This document shows positions 1 through 8,769 of a stretch of DNA of 32,000 bases, piece by piece. The position numbers and the translations under genes are program-made. Below the pieces are notes generated by a model that saw only the letters and a list, made by a program, of their open reading frames with translations, was not told where the DNA came from and searched no databases. Origin of the DNA: Bacillota bacterium. Its GTDB lineage: Bacteria; Bacillota; Sulfobacillia; JABLXB01. Location of the stretch: the NCBI GenBank assembly GCA_013178305.1, contig JABLXB010000001.1, positions 656,253 through 688,252 on the forward strand, read 5' to 3'. Position 1 is the stretch's first letter. Every line of letters begins with the position of its first letter.

Positions 1-1280
1 ACATTCCGGCCCTTCCTCACCCTTCCCATGAGTCTCATGATGCATTTCGCCAGCTCGTGTGGGTCGTGCCTTACGTAGTCACCTCTGGTCACTAGGGGTT
101 TACTCACGACGGTGGCTCCGCCGAGCTCCACGTCTCCGCCTACCGGGACGGCACCCTGTTCGAGGTAGCGGCGGCGCGCCGGTTCCGGCGCCTCCTCACT
201 GTTACATACCACCGCGTCGATGGCGTCCTCTCCCAGCGCCCCCGCGACCGCCAGCACGTGCGCCGCGGCGTCGTAGCCGTCGGTCTCTCCGGGCTGCGTC
301 ATCACGTTGCAGACGTATATGCGAAGCGCCTTCGAGCGCCGCACGGCCTCAGCTATGCCGCGAACCGACAGGTTCGGCATGATGCTCGTGTACAGGCTGC
401 CGGGGCCGATCACGATCGCGTCGGCCTCCTCGATGGCGCGGATCGCCTCGGGGAGCGGCTGGGGGTCCGGAGGGTCCAGGAACACCCGCCTGATCTGCCT
501 TCCCGGCTGCGGGATCGAGCTCTCGCCGCGCACGACGTTCCCTCCGGCGACCTCGGCGCAGAGCGTGACGTTCTCGAGTGTCGAGGGAAGAACGCGCCCG
601 CGAATGGCAAGGACCTTGCTCGACTGGCGCACTGCCTCTTCGAAGTCCCCCGTCATCTCGGTCATAGCGGCGAGGAACAGGTTCCCAAAGCTGTGCCCCC
701 GCAGTTCACCCTTCCGGAACCGGTGTTGGAACAGCGCTTCCATCAGGGGCTCGGTGTCGGCCAGCGCGACGAGGCAGTTTCTGACGTCACCGGGGGGCAG
801 CATGCCGATGTCCCGCCGGAGGCGGCCGGAACTGCCGCCGTCATCGGCCACGGTGACTATGGCGGTGATGTTGTTCGTGTACTCCTTCAGGCCGCGCAGG
901 AGGACCGAAAGGCCGGACCCTCCGCCAATGGCGACTATCCTCGGGCCACGTTCGAGGTAGCGCTTCTGGAATACGATGTCAGTGAGACTATCGGTGGCGC
1001 CCGGTGCGAGCGCCCCGACTATCGAGTGTACCAGGCGGTTGACCGCATAGGCGCACAGCCCGACCCCCACGACGAACACGGCGACGCCCAGCCCGACGGG
1101 AGAGGCCTGGCCGCCCGCGATTGACCTCCCGAACTCAAGCAGCACTTGCTCGATCCTCGCGAGGAATCGCAGGTCGGAAGCGATGGCGATGCCCTCGCCG
1201 GCCATGATGACGCCGAGCGACAGAAGAAACACCCAGCGTTTTATGTTGAGTCCCGGGAGAAACCAGCGGGCTATCCTCAT
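1..1280 (-). CDS. yvcK: YvcK/CofD-like protein (UPF0052, gluconeogenesis-factor family); C-terminal end lies beyond the left window edge
   Basis: Not in the ORF track because the frame runs off the edge. Hand translation of the minus strand from ATG at 1280 gives [16 protein letters not shown]...[19 protein letters not shown]...[18 protein letters not shown]...[12 protein letters not shown], motifs I recognise from YvcK/CofD. ATGA start/stop overlap with rapZ (1277-1280). Conserved rapZ-yvcK synteny. Confidence 0.85.
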   Translation of the reverse strand, partial: MRIARWFLPGLNIKRWVFLLSLGVIMAGEGIAIASDLRFLARIEQVLLEFGRSIAGGQASPVGLGVAVFVVGVGLCAYAVNRLVHSIVGALAPGATDSLTDIVFQKRYLERGPRIVAIGGGSGLSVLLRGLKEYTNNITAIVTVADDGGSSGRLRRDIGMLPPGDVRNCLVALADTEPLMEALFQHRFRKGELRGHSFGNLFLAAMTEMTGDFEEAVRQSSKVLAIRGRVLPSTLENVTLCAEVAGGNVVRGESSIPQPGRQIRRVFLDPPDPQPLPEAIRAIEEADAIVIGPGSLYTSIMPNLSVRGIAEAVRRSKALRIYVCNVMTQPGETDGYDAAAHVLAVAGALGEDAIDAVVCNSEEAPEPARRRYLEQGAVPVGGDVELGGATVVSKPLVTRGDYVRHDPHELAKCIMRLMGRVRKGRN

Positions 1281-2170
1281 TCCTTCCCCTGCCCTGCGGT
1301 GAGCCATTTGTCGATGTCGCGGTGCTCCACGACCACAGTGTTACCCTCTCCGCGCAGCGCGTTTGCGAGCTCTTCCGCGACCACGACGGACCTGTGCTGG
1401 CCTCCGGTGCAGCCTACGGCGATGTTGAGTTGCGTCTTCCCCTCATTAATGTAGTGGGGCAGCAGGAATCTGATGAGGGAATTGAGCCGCCTCATGAACT
1501 TCTTCGTGACCGGCCACTTGAGGACGTACTCCTTCACCTCGTCGCGTTCGCCGGTCAGCGGCCGCAGCGACTCCACGTAGTGCGGGTTGGGCAGGAACCT
1601 GACGTCGAATACGAGGTCGGCATCGAGGGGAAGCCCATGCTTGAAACCGAACGTCACGACGGTAATGATTATGCGCCTGCGCTCTTTCTCCGTGGAGAAT
1701 ATCTGGAGGATCTCTTCCCTGAGGCGCTGGGGTGTCAGGTCCGAGGTATCGATAATGACGTTGGCCTTGCCTTTTATCTCCTCGAGCTTTTTCCTCTCTG
1801 CTTTTATGCCCTCGAGGATGTTGCCCTGCGGAGCCAGCGGGTGCCTGCGCCGGGTCTCCTTGTACCTCCGCACCAGCACCTCGTCGTTCGCTTCGAGGAA
1901 CAGTATCTCGTACGGCAGCCCGACCTCTTCGAGCCCTTTGAGCGCTTCGGCAAGGTCGTCGAAGAACTCGCCCCCACGGATGTCGATGACGAGGGCGACC
2001 CGCCGCACGGAGTCGCCGGACGACTGGGCGCACAGCTCAGCGAACTTGGGTATCAGGGCAGGTGGCAGGTTGTCCACGCAGAAGAACCCGAGATCCTCGA
2101 GACTCCGCACGGCCTGGGTTTTGCCCGCGCCGGACAACCCCGTGATGATGACGAACCTGATGTCGTTCAC
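1277..2170 (-). CDS. rapZ: RNase adapter / nucleotide-binding protein RapZ (YvcJ)
   Basis: 297-aa ORF. N-terminal Walker A ([10 protein letters not shown]) and C-terminal [12 protein letters not shown] motif typical of the RapZ/YvcJ family. Directly upstream of yvcK with translational coupling. Confidence 0.9.
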   Translation of the reverse strand: MNDIRFVIITGLSGAGKTQAVRSLEDLGFFCVDNLPPALIPKFAELCAQSSGDSVRRVALVIDIRGGEFFDDLAEALKGLEEVGLPYEILFLEANDEVLVRRYKETRRRHPLAPQGNILEGIKAERKKLEEIKGKANVIIDTSDLTPQRLREEILQIFSTEKERRRIIITVVTFGFKHGLPLDADLVFDVRFLPNPHYVESLRPLTGERDEVKEYVLKWPVTKKFMRRLNSLIRFLLPHYINEGKTQLNIAVGCTGGQHRSVVVAEELANALRGEGNTVVVEHRDIDKWLTAGQGKE

Positions 2171-2212
2171 TGCAACGACTCTCCCCAGGCAGGTTATTTG
2201 GGGCTTAACCTT

Positions 2213-3043
2213 CTACTCCGCGATGACGGTATCCTCTATTGGCTCCGGCGGTCGACCGCCGCCGGAGGCCGGCCTCCGGCGGTAGCCGTCGAGTGCCACG
2301 TTTGCGATCTGCTCTGGCACGAGTCCTGCCTTCTCCGCTATCGCCGCGGCGCGCTCGACCCGGCCCACGTCCCGAGGGTCGTGAGCGTCGCTGGAGAGGA
2401 CGAACTTGGCGCCCTGCCTGGCGGCCACCCGTACGTAGTCCGGCCCGCTGCGCGTGTGGGAGGCGTTGATCTCCAGGGCCGTCCCCTTTCTGACGCACGC
2501 GCGCGCCAGCTCCGCCGTATCGATGTTGACCTTGAGGCCGGGGTGGGTTATCAGGTCGATCCTGTTCCGGTACACCGCCTCGACCAGTGCCTTCGTATTG
2601 TCGACCCTTGCTCGCCGCGAGCCCGCCCGCGTCCACCGGGCCAGGGTGAGGTTGTTCACCATCAACCTCAGGGTATCGTCGAGCGTGGGGGGCAAGACCT
2701 GCAGGTGTATACCAGCCAGTCTGATATCGAGACGCGCGTCGATTTCGGGTGGGGTGTCCAGTCTCCCGTCGAGGCTGACAACGTTGGCCTCTATGCCCGC
2801 GAGCACCTTTATCTGCGGGAACTCCCGTTGGCACTCCTCAATATCTTGCAGAAGGGCCCCCCAACGGCTCCTCTTCGTGCCTATCCACAGCATGGCGGGG
2901 CCGTGGTCGGTTATGCCGACCTCCGACAGCCCCATCGATACGGCGGCCCGGACGTTGTCCCTCACGGACCCGGTCCCGTGGCTGTACCTGGTGTGCGTGT
3001 GGTAATCGGCGAATACCCTGAATTTGCCGTCAGCGGGGGCCAC
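2213..3043 (-). CDS. PHP-domain phosphoesterase (histidinol-phosphatase/YcdX-like superfamily)
   Basis: 276-aa ORF. N-terminal FADYHTHTRYSHG...GITDHGP and later LSSDAHD His/Asp clusters characteristic of the PHP metal-dependent phosphoesterase fold. Confidence 0.8.
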   Translation of the reverse strand: MAPADGKFRVFADYHTHTRYSHGTGSVRDNVRAAVSMGLSEVGITDHGPAMLWIGTKRSRWGALLQDIEECQREFPQIKVLAGIEANVVSLDGRLDTPPEIDARLDIRLAGIHLQVLPPTLDDTLRLMVNNLTLARWTRAGSRRARVDNTKALVEAVYRNRIDLITHPGLKVNIDTAELARACVRKGTALEINASHTRSGPDYVRVAARQGAKFVLSSDAHDPRDVGRVERAAAIAEKAGLVPEQIANVALDGYRRRPASGGGRPPEPIEDTVIAE

Positions 3044-3049
3044 TCCAGA

Positions 3050-3877
3050 TTACTCCAGGAGCCCCGATAGATGCTCCTCGAAATCCTGTGGGCGCACCAG
3101 GAACGCCAGTCTCTCGGGTTCGGTGATCATGCACGTGTACAGCGGGACCCCGCGCCGCAGCCCCAGTTCGGGTAGATCGGCCGGGTCCACCAGCCTCGGC
3201 GCGGGTGCGTAGCCGTAATGCTCGTTCGGCACGAACACGCCCTTGTCGCCGTTCTCCACCTCGTAGAAGGCAGCGCCCCGGGCCTGCCTGTACGGCCCGT
3301 AGTTCGAGGTGAACGTCGCCTCCACGAGGTTGCACATCACCAGAGGCTCGGGGCCCGGATTAATCGTGACGTGGCCGTACCCGGGCGGCATGACGACCTT
3401 GTCGCCCGGCCCCGCCTCGACCACCACCACGTCGTCGACCGTACCGGGTTGTTCGCCAGGTCTCTGCAGGAGGTAATGGGCGCGCCCGCTCAATACCTCG
3501 TATATCTCGGGATACTCGACGGATTCCCCGGGAACGTGGGCGTGGTAGTGGCCCGCGGTCTTTATGTACTCCGTTCCGATGGCGCCCGGGCGGATCACGG
3601 TTATGTCGTACCTGATGGAGTGGCATTCGGCAATGCTACGGTGTTCGGGGAGTACGACCCCCCTGTACATAAAGTAGAGGTCTTCGGGTCCCGCCGCAGT
3701 CTGGTTGTAGAGAACGTCGCGGATCTCCTGGAGGCGCCTGACCGAGGGTTTGACCGCAGTCAGGCCGTCCGAAAACCGGACGTCCAGCCCATCAACGGAG
3801 ATCGGGATGCCTGAAATCTCGCGCAGATCCCGCATGAATACCATCCTTTCCGAGCCCGCCTCTACAGTGCCCCGCAT
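3050..3877 (-). CDS. Cupin-type glucose-6-phosphate isomerase family protein (cPGI-like)
   Basis: 275-aa ORF. TAGHYHAH...PEIYEVLSGRAHYLLQ...GDKVVMPPGYGHVTINPGPEPL resembles the archaeal cupin PGI metal-binding core (GHxH...E...PP.w.H..vN.G). Activity not provable from sequence. An internal ATG start is also possible. Confidence 0.6.
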   Translation of the reverse strand: MRGTVEAGSERMVFMRDLREISGIPISVDGLDVRFSDGLTAVKPSVRRLQEIRDVLYNQTAAGPEDLYFMYRGVVLPEHRSIAECHSIRYDITVIRPGAIGTEYIKTAGHYHAHVPGESVEYPEIYEVLSGRAHYLLQRPGEQPGTVDDVVVVEAGPGDKVVMPPGYGHVTINPGPEPLVMCNLVEATFTSNYGPYRQARGAAFYEVENGDKGVFVPNEHYGYAPAPRLVDPADLPELGLRRGVPLYTCMITEPERLAFLVRPQDFEEHLSGLLE

Positions 3878-3880
3878 GCG

Positions 3881-4450
3881 CTATTCAGTGGACGGGTCTC
3901 TGGGCTTGCAGATAACCTCCAGCACCTGGCCGTCGAAGAATGACTTGGCGTGGGCTGGCCTTACTACCAGAGCGGTGTCGGCGCCGTTACTCGATCCCCC
4001 GACTGCTATTATTTCCTCGCCGTAGGGTACCAACCCTGCGTCGAGGGCCATCGTGGCGATCTCCACGCACACCTTCGTCCCCTGCCCGAACATGCGGAGG
4101 GTGTACGCTATCAAGCCGCCCACGTATTGACCGCCGAACTTGTTCGCGACTGCGCGGTCCACGCCGCCGAACAGGTGGGTCGTGATGAGCACCGGAACCC
4201 CCTTCGACCGCAGTTCGGATACGATCTCCGCCGGCATCTGCTGTTTGCCCGGCTCGTCAAACCCGGAGTGGTGGGCGACCACGATCAGCTTTATTCCGCC
4301 CTCGCGCGGCAACAGCTCGAGCGCCTTCCTGGCCGTGGGTCCGCACGTGCTGGCCACCACGACATGTTTTATGCCCATCTCGCGGGCACGAGCGTATGCC
4401 GCCTCGATGGTCGCAACGGTGTTTTCGGCTCCTGCGCGTTCCCAGTACAT
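3881..4450 (-). CDS. Pyruvate kinase alpha/beta (C-terminal) domain-like protein
   Basis: 189-aa ORF. MYWERAGAENT...GIKHVVVASTCGPTA...VVAHHSGF...FGQGTKVCVEIATMALDAGL...GADTALVVRPAH matches my memory of the ~185-aa stand-alone PK_C-like proteins of anaerobic Firmicutes/archaea. GGAGGTG SD 6 nt upstream of ATG 4450. Confidence 0.7.
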   Translation of the reverse strand: MYWERAGAENTVATIEAAYARAREMGIKHVVVASTCGPTARKALELLPREGGIKLIVVAHHSGFDEPGKQQMPAEIVSELRSKGVPVLITTHLFGGVDRAVANKFGGQYVGGLIAYTLRMFGQGTKVCVEIATMALDAGLVPYGEEIIAVGGSSNGADTALVVRPAHAKSFFDGQVLEVICKPRDPSTE

Positions 4451-4598
4451 AGACGCACCTCCGGCTGACAGGTTCTGCGAAAAGCCCTGTCTCCCCTCTT
4501 ACTCTTTTTCACCAGGCCGCGCATTTAAAAAGGTAAGGAGGTTCCGGGGCGAATGTGTAGAACCCACGTCGTTAGCGGCAGCATCCAGAGGTGTTCAC

Positions 4599-7598
4599 AT
4601 GACCGGCCTTGCCGATAGAGTACGAAAGATGATTGAGTCCGAAGACGAACGCCAGCCGTTCACCGATGGGCAGATGGCGAAAGCGCTGGGCGTGAAGAGG
4701 CCGTACATCACACACCTCCGAAGGGAAATGGGGATGCCGGATTCCCGGGAGCGCCTCAAGCAGGCGCTCCACCGCGCCATCGGCAGGCTTCCCAGGACCG
4801 GCGGTGCGGGCCATGAAGAGCGCCTCGATCTCAACGAACTCGCATCCAGGCTCGGTAGGGCCGGCTTCAATGTTTCGCGCTACACCTTGCGAAGGTTCCT
4901 TAGCGCCTACGGTCAGGGGGGCGCGACGCCGGTGCGCTCCAGCGGCAGTACGACCACCGGAATGGAGCGCCGCCGGGACAGCCGGGGTAACCAGGCCGCA
5001 GGCGGTGGGCGGGCTGCGCAAGGTGAGCGGGCCACGCGGGGGGAACAGGCTCCACAAGACGCGTTTGCCTCCGTGATCGGCTACGACGGGGACCTCAAGA
5101 GCTGCGTCGACCTCGCCAAAGCCGCCGTGCTGTACCCGCCGAACGGCCTGCACACACTCATAGTCGGCGAAACAGGGGTGGGTAAGAACCTGTTTGCCGA
5201 GGCGATGTACCGGTTCGGGGTCGAGTCGGGAGCGCTGAAACCCGCCGCCCCGTTCGTGCATTTTAACTGCTCGGATTACGCAAACAACCCCGAACTGCTC
5301 TTATCGCAGCTTTTCGGTCATGCGAAGGGGGCCTATACCGGCGCCGAGGGGGAAAAGCCCGGTCTCGTCGAGAGGGCAAGCGGGGGGATGTTGTTCCTGG
5401 ATGAAGTGCATCGCCTGCCGCCGCAGGGGCAGGAGATCCTGTTCCGCATCATAGACACGGGGCGGTTCCGGCGACTCGGGGAGACGGGAGTCGAGCACAA
5501 CCTCACGATCCGGCTCGTGGCGGCTACGACGGAAAAACCCGAGGCGATGCTGCTCGACGCGTTTCGCAGGCGGATCCCCGTGTTCATCGAGATCCCGCCG
5601 CTGCAAAAGCGGTCCTTTCACGAGCGTTTTCACCTGCTCTCGCAGTTCTTCCGGCAAGAGGCCGCACGAGTTCGCACGCGGATAACGGTCACCCGCGACG
5701 CCCTCGTCTCACTCATGCTGTACTCCCCGAAGGGAAACGTGGGCCAGCTCAAGAGCGACATACAGGTGTCGATCGCGAAAGCGTTCCTGAACAGCGTTAC
5801 CGACCGGCGGGATGACATGAGGGTCGATGTGAACACGCTCCCCTTCGAAGCCCAGAAGGGCCTGGTTAAGGCCAGCAGCCTGAGATACGGTCAGGATTTC
5901 CTGGCGCCGCTCACCGACATGGTATTCGAAGTGAAGCAGGGCGAGGCGCAGGCTGAGCCATTCCCCGGCAAAGCCCCGAGCAAGGCGGGGGTAGAGGAGA
6001 CCATATACGATTTCATAGAAGCACGCTGGCGGCAGCTGCGGGAGACCAACTTCTCGGAGGACGAGATCGGCGATCTGATCGGCCACGAGGTCGAGCGCAA
6101 GATCAGCGCCAGCATGAAGCGAAGCGCCCGGGTTGCCCGCGATGACCTTGTCAAGGTGGTCGGGAGCCATCTGGTGCGCTCTGTAGAGGAGGCGCTTACG
6201 CTGGCCGGCCCCGCGATAGCGGTATCGAACCCGAACCTGGCTTACTATCTGGCGCTTCATCTCCACGCTTCAGTCAACCGTATCAAGCAGGGAAAACCGG
6301 TGATCAACCCTCGTCTGAACGAAATCCGCTCGTCTTACCCCGCGGAATTCGAACTGGCCAGGAAGATGCTGGCATACATCGAGGGGAGCCTGGGAGTGGC
6401 GTTGCCCGAGGCCGAAGCGGGTTTCGTGGCGCTGTACTTACGTAACGCGTCCGCGGCCCAGCAGGGGCCGCCGGATGTCGGGCTCGTCGTGATGACGCAC
6501 GGCCGCGTGGCGAGCAGTCTCCTCGAAGTGGCCCACAGACTGATGGGAGAGTCCGACACCTGCTGCGTCGAGATGTCGCTCGATGAGAACCCCGAACAGG
6601 TCATACGCCGCGCCACGGATGCCGTGATCCAGGCAAACCGCGGCAGCGGCGTGCTGATCCTGGCCGACATGGGATCTCTCACCACGTTCGGGCCCGTCAT
6701 ATCGAAAAGTACGGGGATCGAAACCAGGACTGTGGACAGGGTCGACTCGATCCTGGTGATGGAAGCCATGCGCCGCATCCGCTTCTCCCGGCTGAGCCTC
6801 GACGAACTCTCCCTGCAGCTCGGGGAGATCTCGGGCGGGCGACCGGCGGCCGCCGAGCGGTCCAGGCGCGGGGCGGTCATCCTGACCGTTTGCCTCACGG
6901 GAAAGGGAACCGCGGAGCACCTGAAGAAACTGCTCGACCACACGCTCACCGACAGCTCGGTTGAGATACGGCCGCTCGGCGTGTTCGGTTCGGGGGACCT
7001 TTCACAGGCGATATCGAGGATCCAGGCCGGCAAGGACGTCATTGCGGTCGTCGGCACGGTGGACCCCGAGTATCCGAACGTCCCATTCATTTCGGTGGAA
7101 GAGGTGATCTCGGGGAGGGCAACGCGTGTACTGCAATCCCTCATCGAGCAACGCCCTTCCCCGTCACTCCAGGACCTGTTCGACGCGTCGCTCTGCAGGG
7201 CGAAGGTCAACCCGGGCACGAAGGACGAGGTGCTCAGGGACATGTGCGACATGCTCCGGAAGGCCGGCGTCGTCAGGGAAGGGTTCTACGAGAGCGTCGT
7301 GGAACGCGAGTCGCTTGCTCCCACATGCATGTACGACCCGGGTGAGAACCCCATGGCCATCCCGCACCCCCTGGTGTCCAGTTTCACGGAGAAGTCCGCC
7401 GTGGCTGTCGCCACCCTGGCGTCCCCGGTGGAATGGGGTGGCCTGGTGGTCGACCTGGTATTCCTCATCGCCTATACGTCCCGCGACAAGGTCCTGGCAG
7501 AGACGTTCTTTCACACCGTGCTGAAGAACGAGGGCCTGCTCGCAGCGTTGCGAAAGGCGAAGAAGGATTCGGACATTTTCAGCCTGTTACGTTCTTGA
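4599..7598 (+). CDS. Sigma-54-dependent PTS-regulated transcriptional activator, LevR-like (HTH - AAA+ - PRD - EIIA(Man)-like - EIIB(Gat)-like - EIIA type-2)
   Basis: The track ORF 4140-7598 overlaps the opposite-strand gene. In-frame ATG at 4599 is preceded by AGAGG. Motifs: LIVGETGVGKNLFAEAMY (Walker A), GAYTGA (sigma-54 contact GAFTGA variant), LFLDEVHRL (Walker B), PRD (LAYYLALHLHASVNR...YPAEFELA), EIIA-Man-like (VGLVVMTHGRVASSL), EIIB-Gat-like (ILTVCLTGKGTAEHLK), C-terminal PTS EIIA-2 (MAIPHP). Confidence 0.85.
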   Translation: MTGLADRVRKMIESEDERQPFTDGQMAKALGVKRPYITHLRREMGMPDSRERLKQALHRAIGRLPRTGGAGHEERLDLNELASRLGRAGFNVSRYTLRRFLSAYGQGGATPVRSSGSTTTGMERRRDSRGNQAAGGGRAAQGERATRGEQAPQDAFASVIGYDGDLKSCVDLAKAAVLYPPNGLHTLIVGETGVGKNLFAEAMYRFGVESGALKPAAPFVHFNCSDYANNPELLLSQLFGHAKGAYTGAEGEKPGLVERASGGMLFLDEVHRLPPQGQEILFRIIDTGRFRRLGETGVEHNLTIRLVAATTEKPEAMLLDAFRRRIPVFIEIPPLQKRSFHERFHLLSQFFRQEAARVRTRITVTRDALVSLMLYSPKGNVGQLKSDIQVSIAKAFLNSVTDRRDDMRVDVNTLPFEAQKGLVKASSLRYGQDFLAPLTDMVFEVKQGEAQAEPFPGKAPSKAGVEETIYDFIEARWRQLRETNFSEDEIGDLIGHEVERKISASMKRSARVARDDLVKVVGSHLVRSVEEALTLAGPAIAVSNPNLAYYLALHLHASVNRIKQGKPVINPRLNEIRSSYPAEFELARKMLAYIEGSLGVALPEAEAGFVALYLRNASAAQQGPPDVGLVVMTHGRVASSLLEVAHRLMGESDTCCVEMSLDENPEQVIRRATDAVIQANRGSGVLILADMGSLTTFGPVISKSTGIETRTVDRVDSILVMEAMRRIRFSRLSLDELSLQLGEISGGRPAAAERSRRGAVILTVCLTGKGTAEHLKKLLDHTLTDSSVEIRPLGVFGSGDLSQAISRIQAGKDVIAVVGTVDPEYPNVPFISVEEVISGRATRVLQSLIEQRPSPSLQDLFDASLCRAKVNPGTKDEVLRDMCDMLRKAGVVREGFYESVVERESLAPTCMYDPGENPMAIPHPLVSSFTEKSAVAVATLASPVEWGGLVVDLVFLIAYTSRDKVLAETFFHTVLKNEGLLAALRKAKKDSDIFSLLRS

Positions 7599-7650
7599 TT
7601 CACTCCGGCTTTTCCCCAGCGTAACCGCCTATTTACCTTTTTCTCTCGTG

Positions 7651-7668
7651 ACGGCACGCGCCTTGCTT
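7651..7668 (+). promoter_or_regulatory. Sigma-54 (-24/-12) promoter
   Basis: acGGCACGcgccTTGCTt. GG (7653-7654) and GC (7665-7666) have the canonical 10-nt separation, matching TGGCACG-N4-TTGCW except T>C before GG. It lies 53 nt after the sigma-54 activator gene and ~110 nt before the first operon gene. Confidence 0.75.
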
Positions 7669-7778
7669 TGGTGTCATACCAGGATGCCGGCGGCTCTCAC
7701 CGGCGCCGGCGGGACCGTGGCTCAGGGCCGTGGATCACCGGCAGGGCTTCACCATAGCGTGAGGAGGTGCACCGTGCG

Positions 7779-8432
7779 ATGCTCGGGACTCTCAGGGCGG
7801 AAGTACTTCACACGGCGAGGTCGCTGCGTGACCTCGGGCTTGTGTCTCTCGCCGGCGGGACCGTGTGCGCGCGAGACCGGGAGACCGGCCTGGTGGCGAT
7901 CACGCCGTCCGGGGTCGATTACTTCGAGATAACCTCCCCTGACGGGATATGCGTCGTCGATCTGGACATGCGGCTGGTGGACGGGCGGTACAAGCAGTCC
8001 ATCGCGACGGACATGTTTACGCGCATCCTCAAGGCGCGACCTGACGTGGGTGCGGTGATACACACTCACTCCCCGTTCGCCACCGCGTTCTCGTGCTGCG
8101 ACGAGCCGTTACCCGTCCTCACGACGACGCACGCGAACATCGCCGGCGGCCCCGTGCCCGTGGTAGTCCCCCTCCACCCCGGCGCCCACACCGGGGACTA
8201 TCTCGACAACATAGTCACCACCATGGGAACGGGCTATGCGGTGAACCTCAGCCATCACGGTCCGGTTGTCGCCGGGCGGGATCTCGAGCACTGCCTGGCC
8301 GTGGCCATAACCGTCGAGGACACCGCCAGGATCGCGGCCATCGCGCGCCGATTGGGCGGCGCGACTCCGCTCGACGCAGCCCAGACGAGAATCGCATTCG
8401 AGTATTACAACACCAAGTACGGACAGAGGTGA
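7779..8432 (+). CDS. Class II aldolase/adducin-family protein (L-fuculose-1-P aldolase / L-ribulose-5-P 4-epimerase-like)
   Basis: Track ORF 7767-8432. ATG at 7779 lies 12 nt after GAGGAGG, whereas GTG 7767 abuts the SD. GLVAITPSGVDY...VIHTHSPFATAFS contains the HxH zinc motif of the AraD/FucA family. Confidence 0.8.
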   Translation: MLGTLRAEVLHTARSLRDLGLVSLAGGTVCARDRETGLVAITPSGVDYFEITSPDGICVVDLDMRLVDGRYKQSIATDMFTRILKARPDVGAVIHTHSPFATAFSCCDEPLPVLTTTHANIAGGPVPVVVPLHPGAHTGDYLDNIVTTMGTGYAVNLSHHGPVVAGRDLEHCLAVAITVEDTARIAAIARRLGGATPLDAAQTRIAFEYYNTKYGQR

Positions 8433-8737
8433 AAGGAGGGTCCGGTACGAGAAAGCTGGTGATCGTAGTGTGCGGAGCGGGAATCAACACGTCCACGGCT
8501 GCCAGGGATTTCATCATGGAAGAGCTGGCCAGACGCAAGATCGGCGACGTCGAGATCAAGCACGTGCTGCTGGGCGACATCGAGCGCTATCGCGGCCAGG
8601 CGAGCGTCATAGTGCCGATGGTCAACGCGAACTTCGATTTCGGCGTCCCGGTGGTAAAAGGCATGGTATTCCTTATCGGGAGACGGGCGGACAAGGTAAA
8701 GGCAGTCGATGAAATCGTACAGCACCTCAGCACTTAG
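8429..8737 (+). CDS. PTS EIIB component, galactitol (Gat/Lac-Cel fold) type
   Basis: RKLVIVVCGAGINTSTAARDFIMEEL resembles E. coli GatB ([20 protein letters not shown]) and includes the phospho-Cys. Start assumed at the GTG overlapping the aldolase stop (GTGA). GTG 8459 is an alternative. The track ORF 8093 start lies inside the upstream gene. Confidence 0.8.
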   Translation: MKGGSGTRKLVIVVCGAGINTSTAARDFIMEELARRKIGDVEIKHVLLGDIERYRGQASVIVPMVNANFDFGVPVVKGMVFLIGRRADKVKAVDEIVQHLST

Positions 8738-8769
8738 CAGTACCGGAACGAACGAAGGGAGGACGTGAA

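Noticed and set aside
1322-3070. Long antisense ORFs: 1322-3070 (+), 258-1124 (+), 6335-7252 (-), 8997-10028 (-), 10294-11547 (-), 30658-31605 (+), and others.
   Set aside because: They lie opposite strongly recognisable genes. They translate to Arg/Pro/Gly/Ala-rich low-complexity sequence with no family motifs. They are expected shadow ORFs in high-GC DNA.
4140-4598. 5-prime extension of the regulator ORF (the track start is 4140).
   Set aside because: It overlaps the opposite-strand PK_C-like gene and crosses the intergenic region, and its translation has no HTH or other motif. ATG 4599, preceded by AGAGG, begins the recognisable N-terminal HTH.
7698-7742. Short direct repeats in the leader of the sigma-54 operon (CACCGGC ... 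CCGTGG ... CCGTGG ... CACCGGC), a GCCGGCG/CGCCGGC palindrome, and GTTACG (7586-7591) / CGTAAC (7620-7625) upstream of the promoter as a possible UAS.
   Set aside because: 6-7-nt repeats are expected by chance in GC-rich DNA, and no known LevR-type UAS consensus is available for comparison. Noted only as candidates for footprinting.
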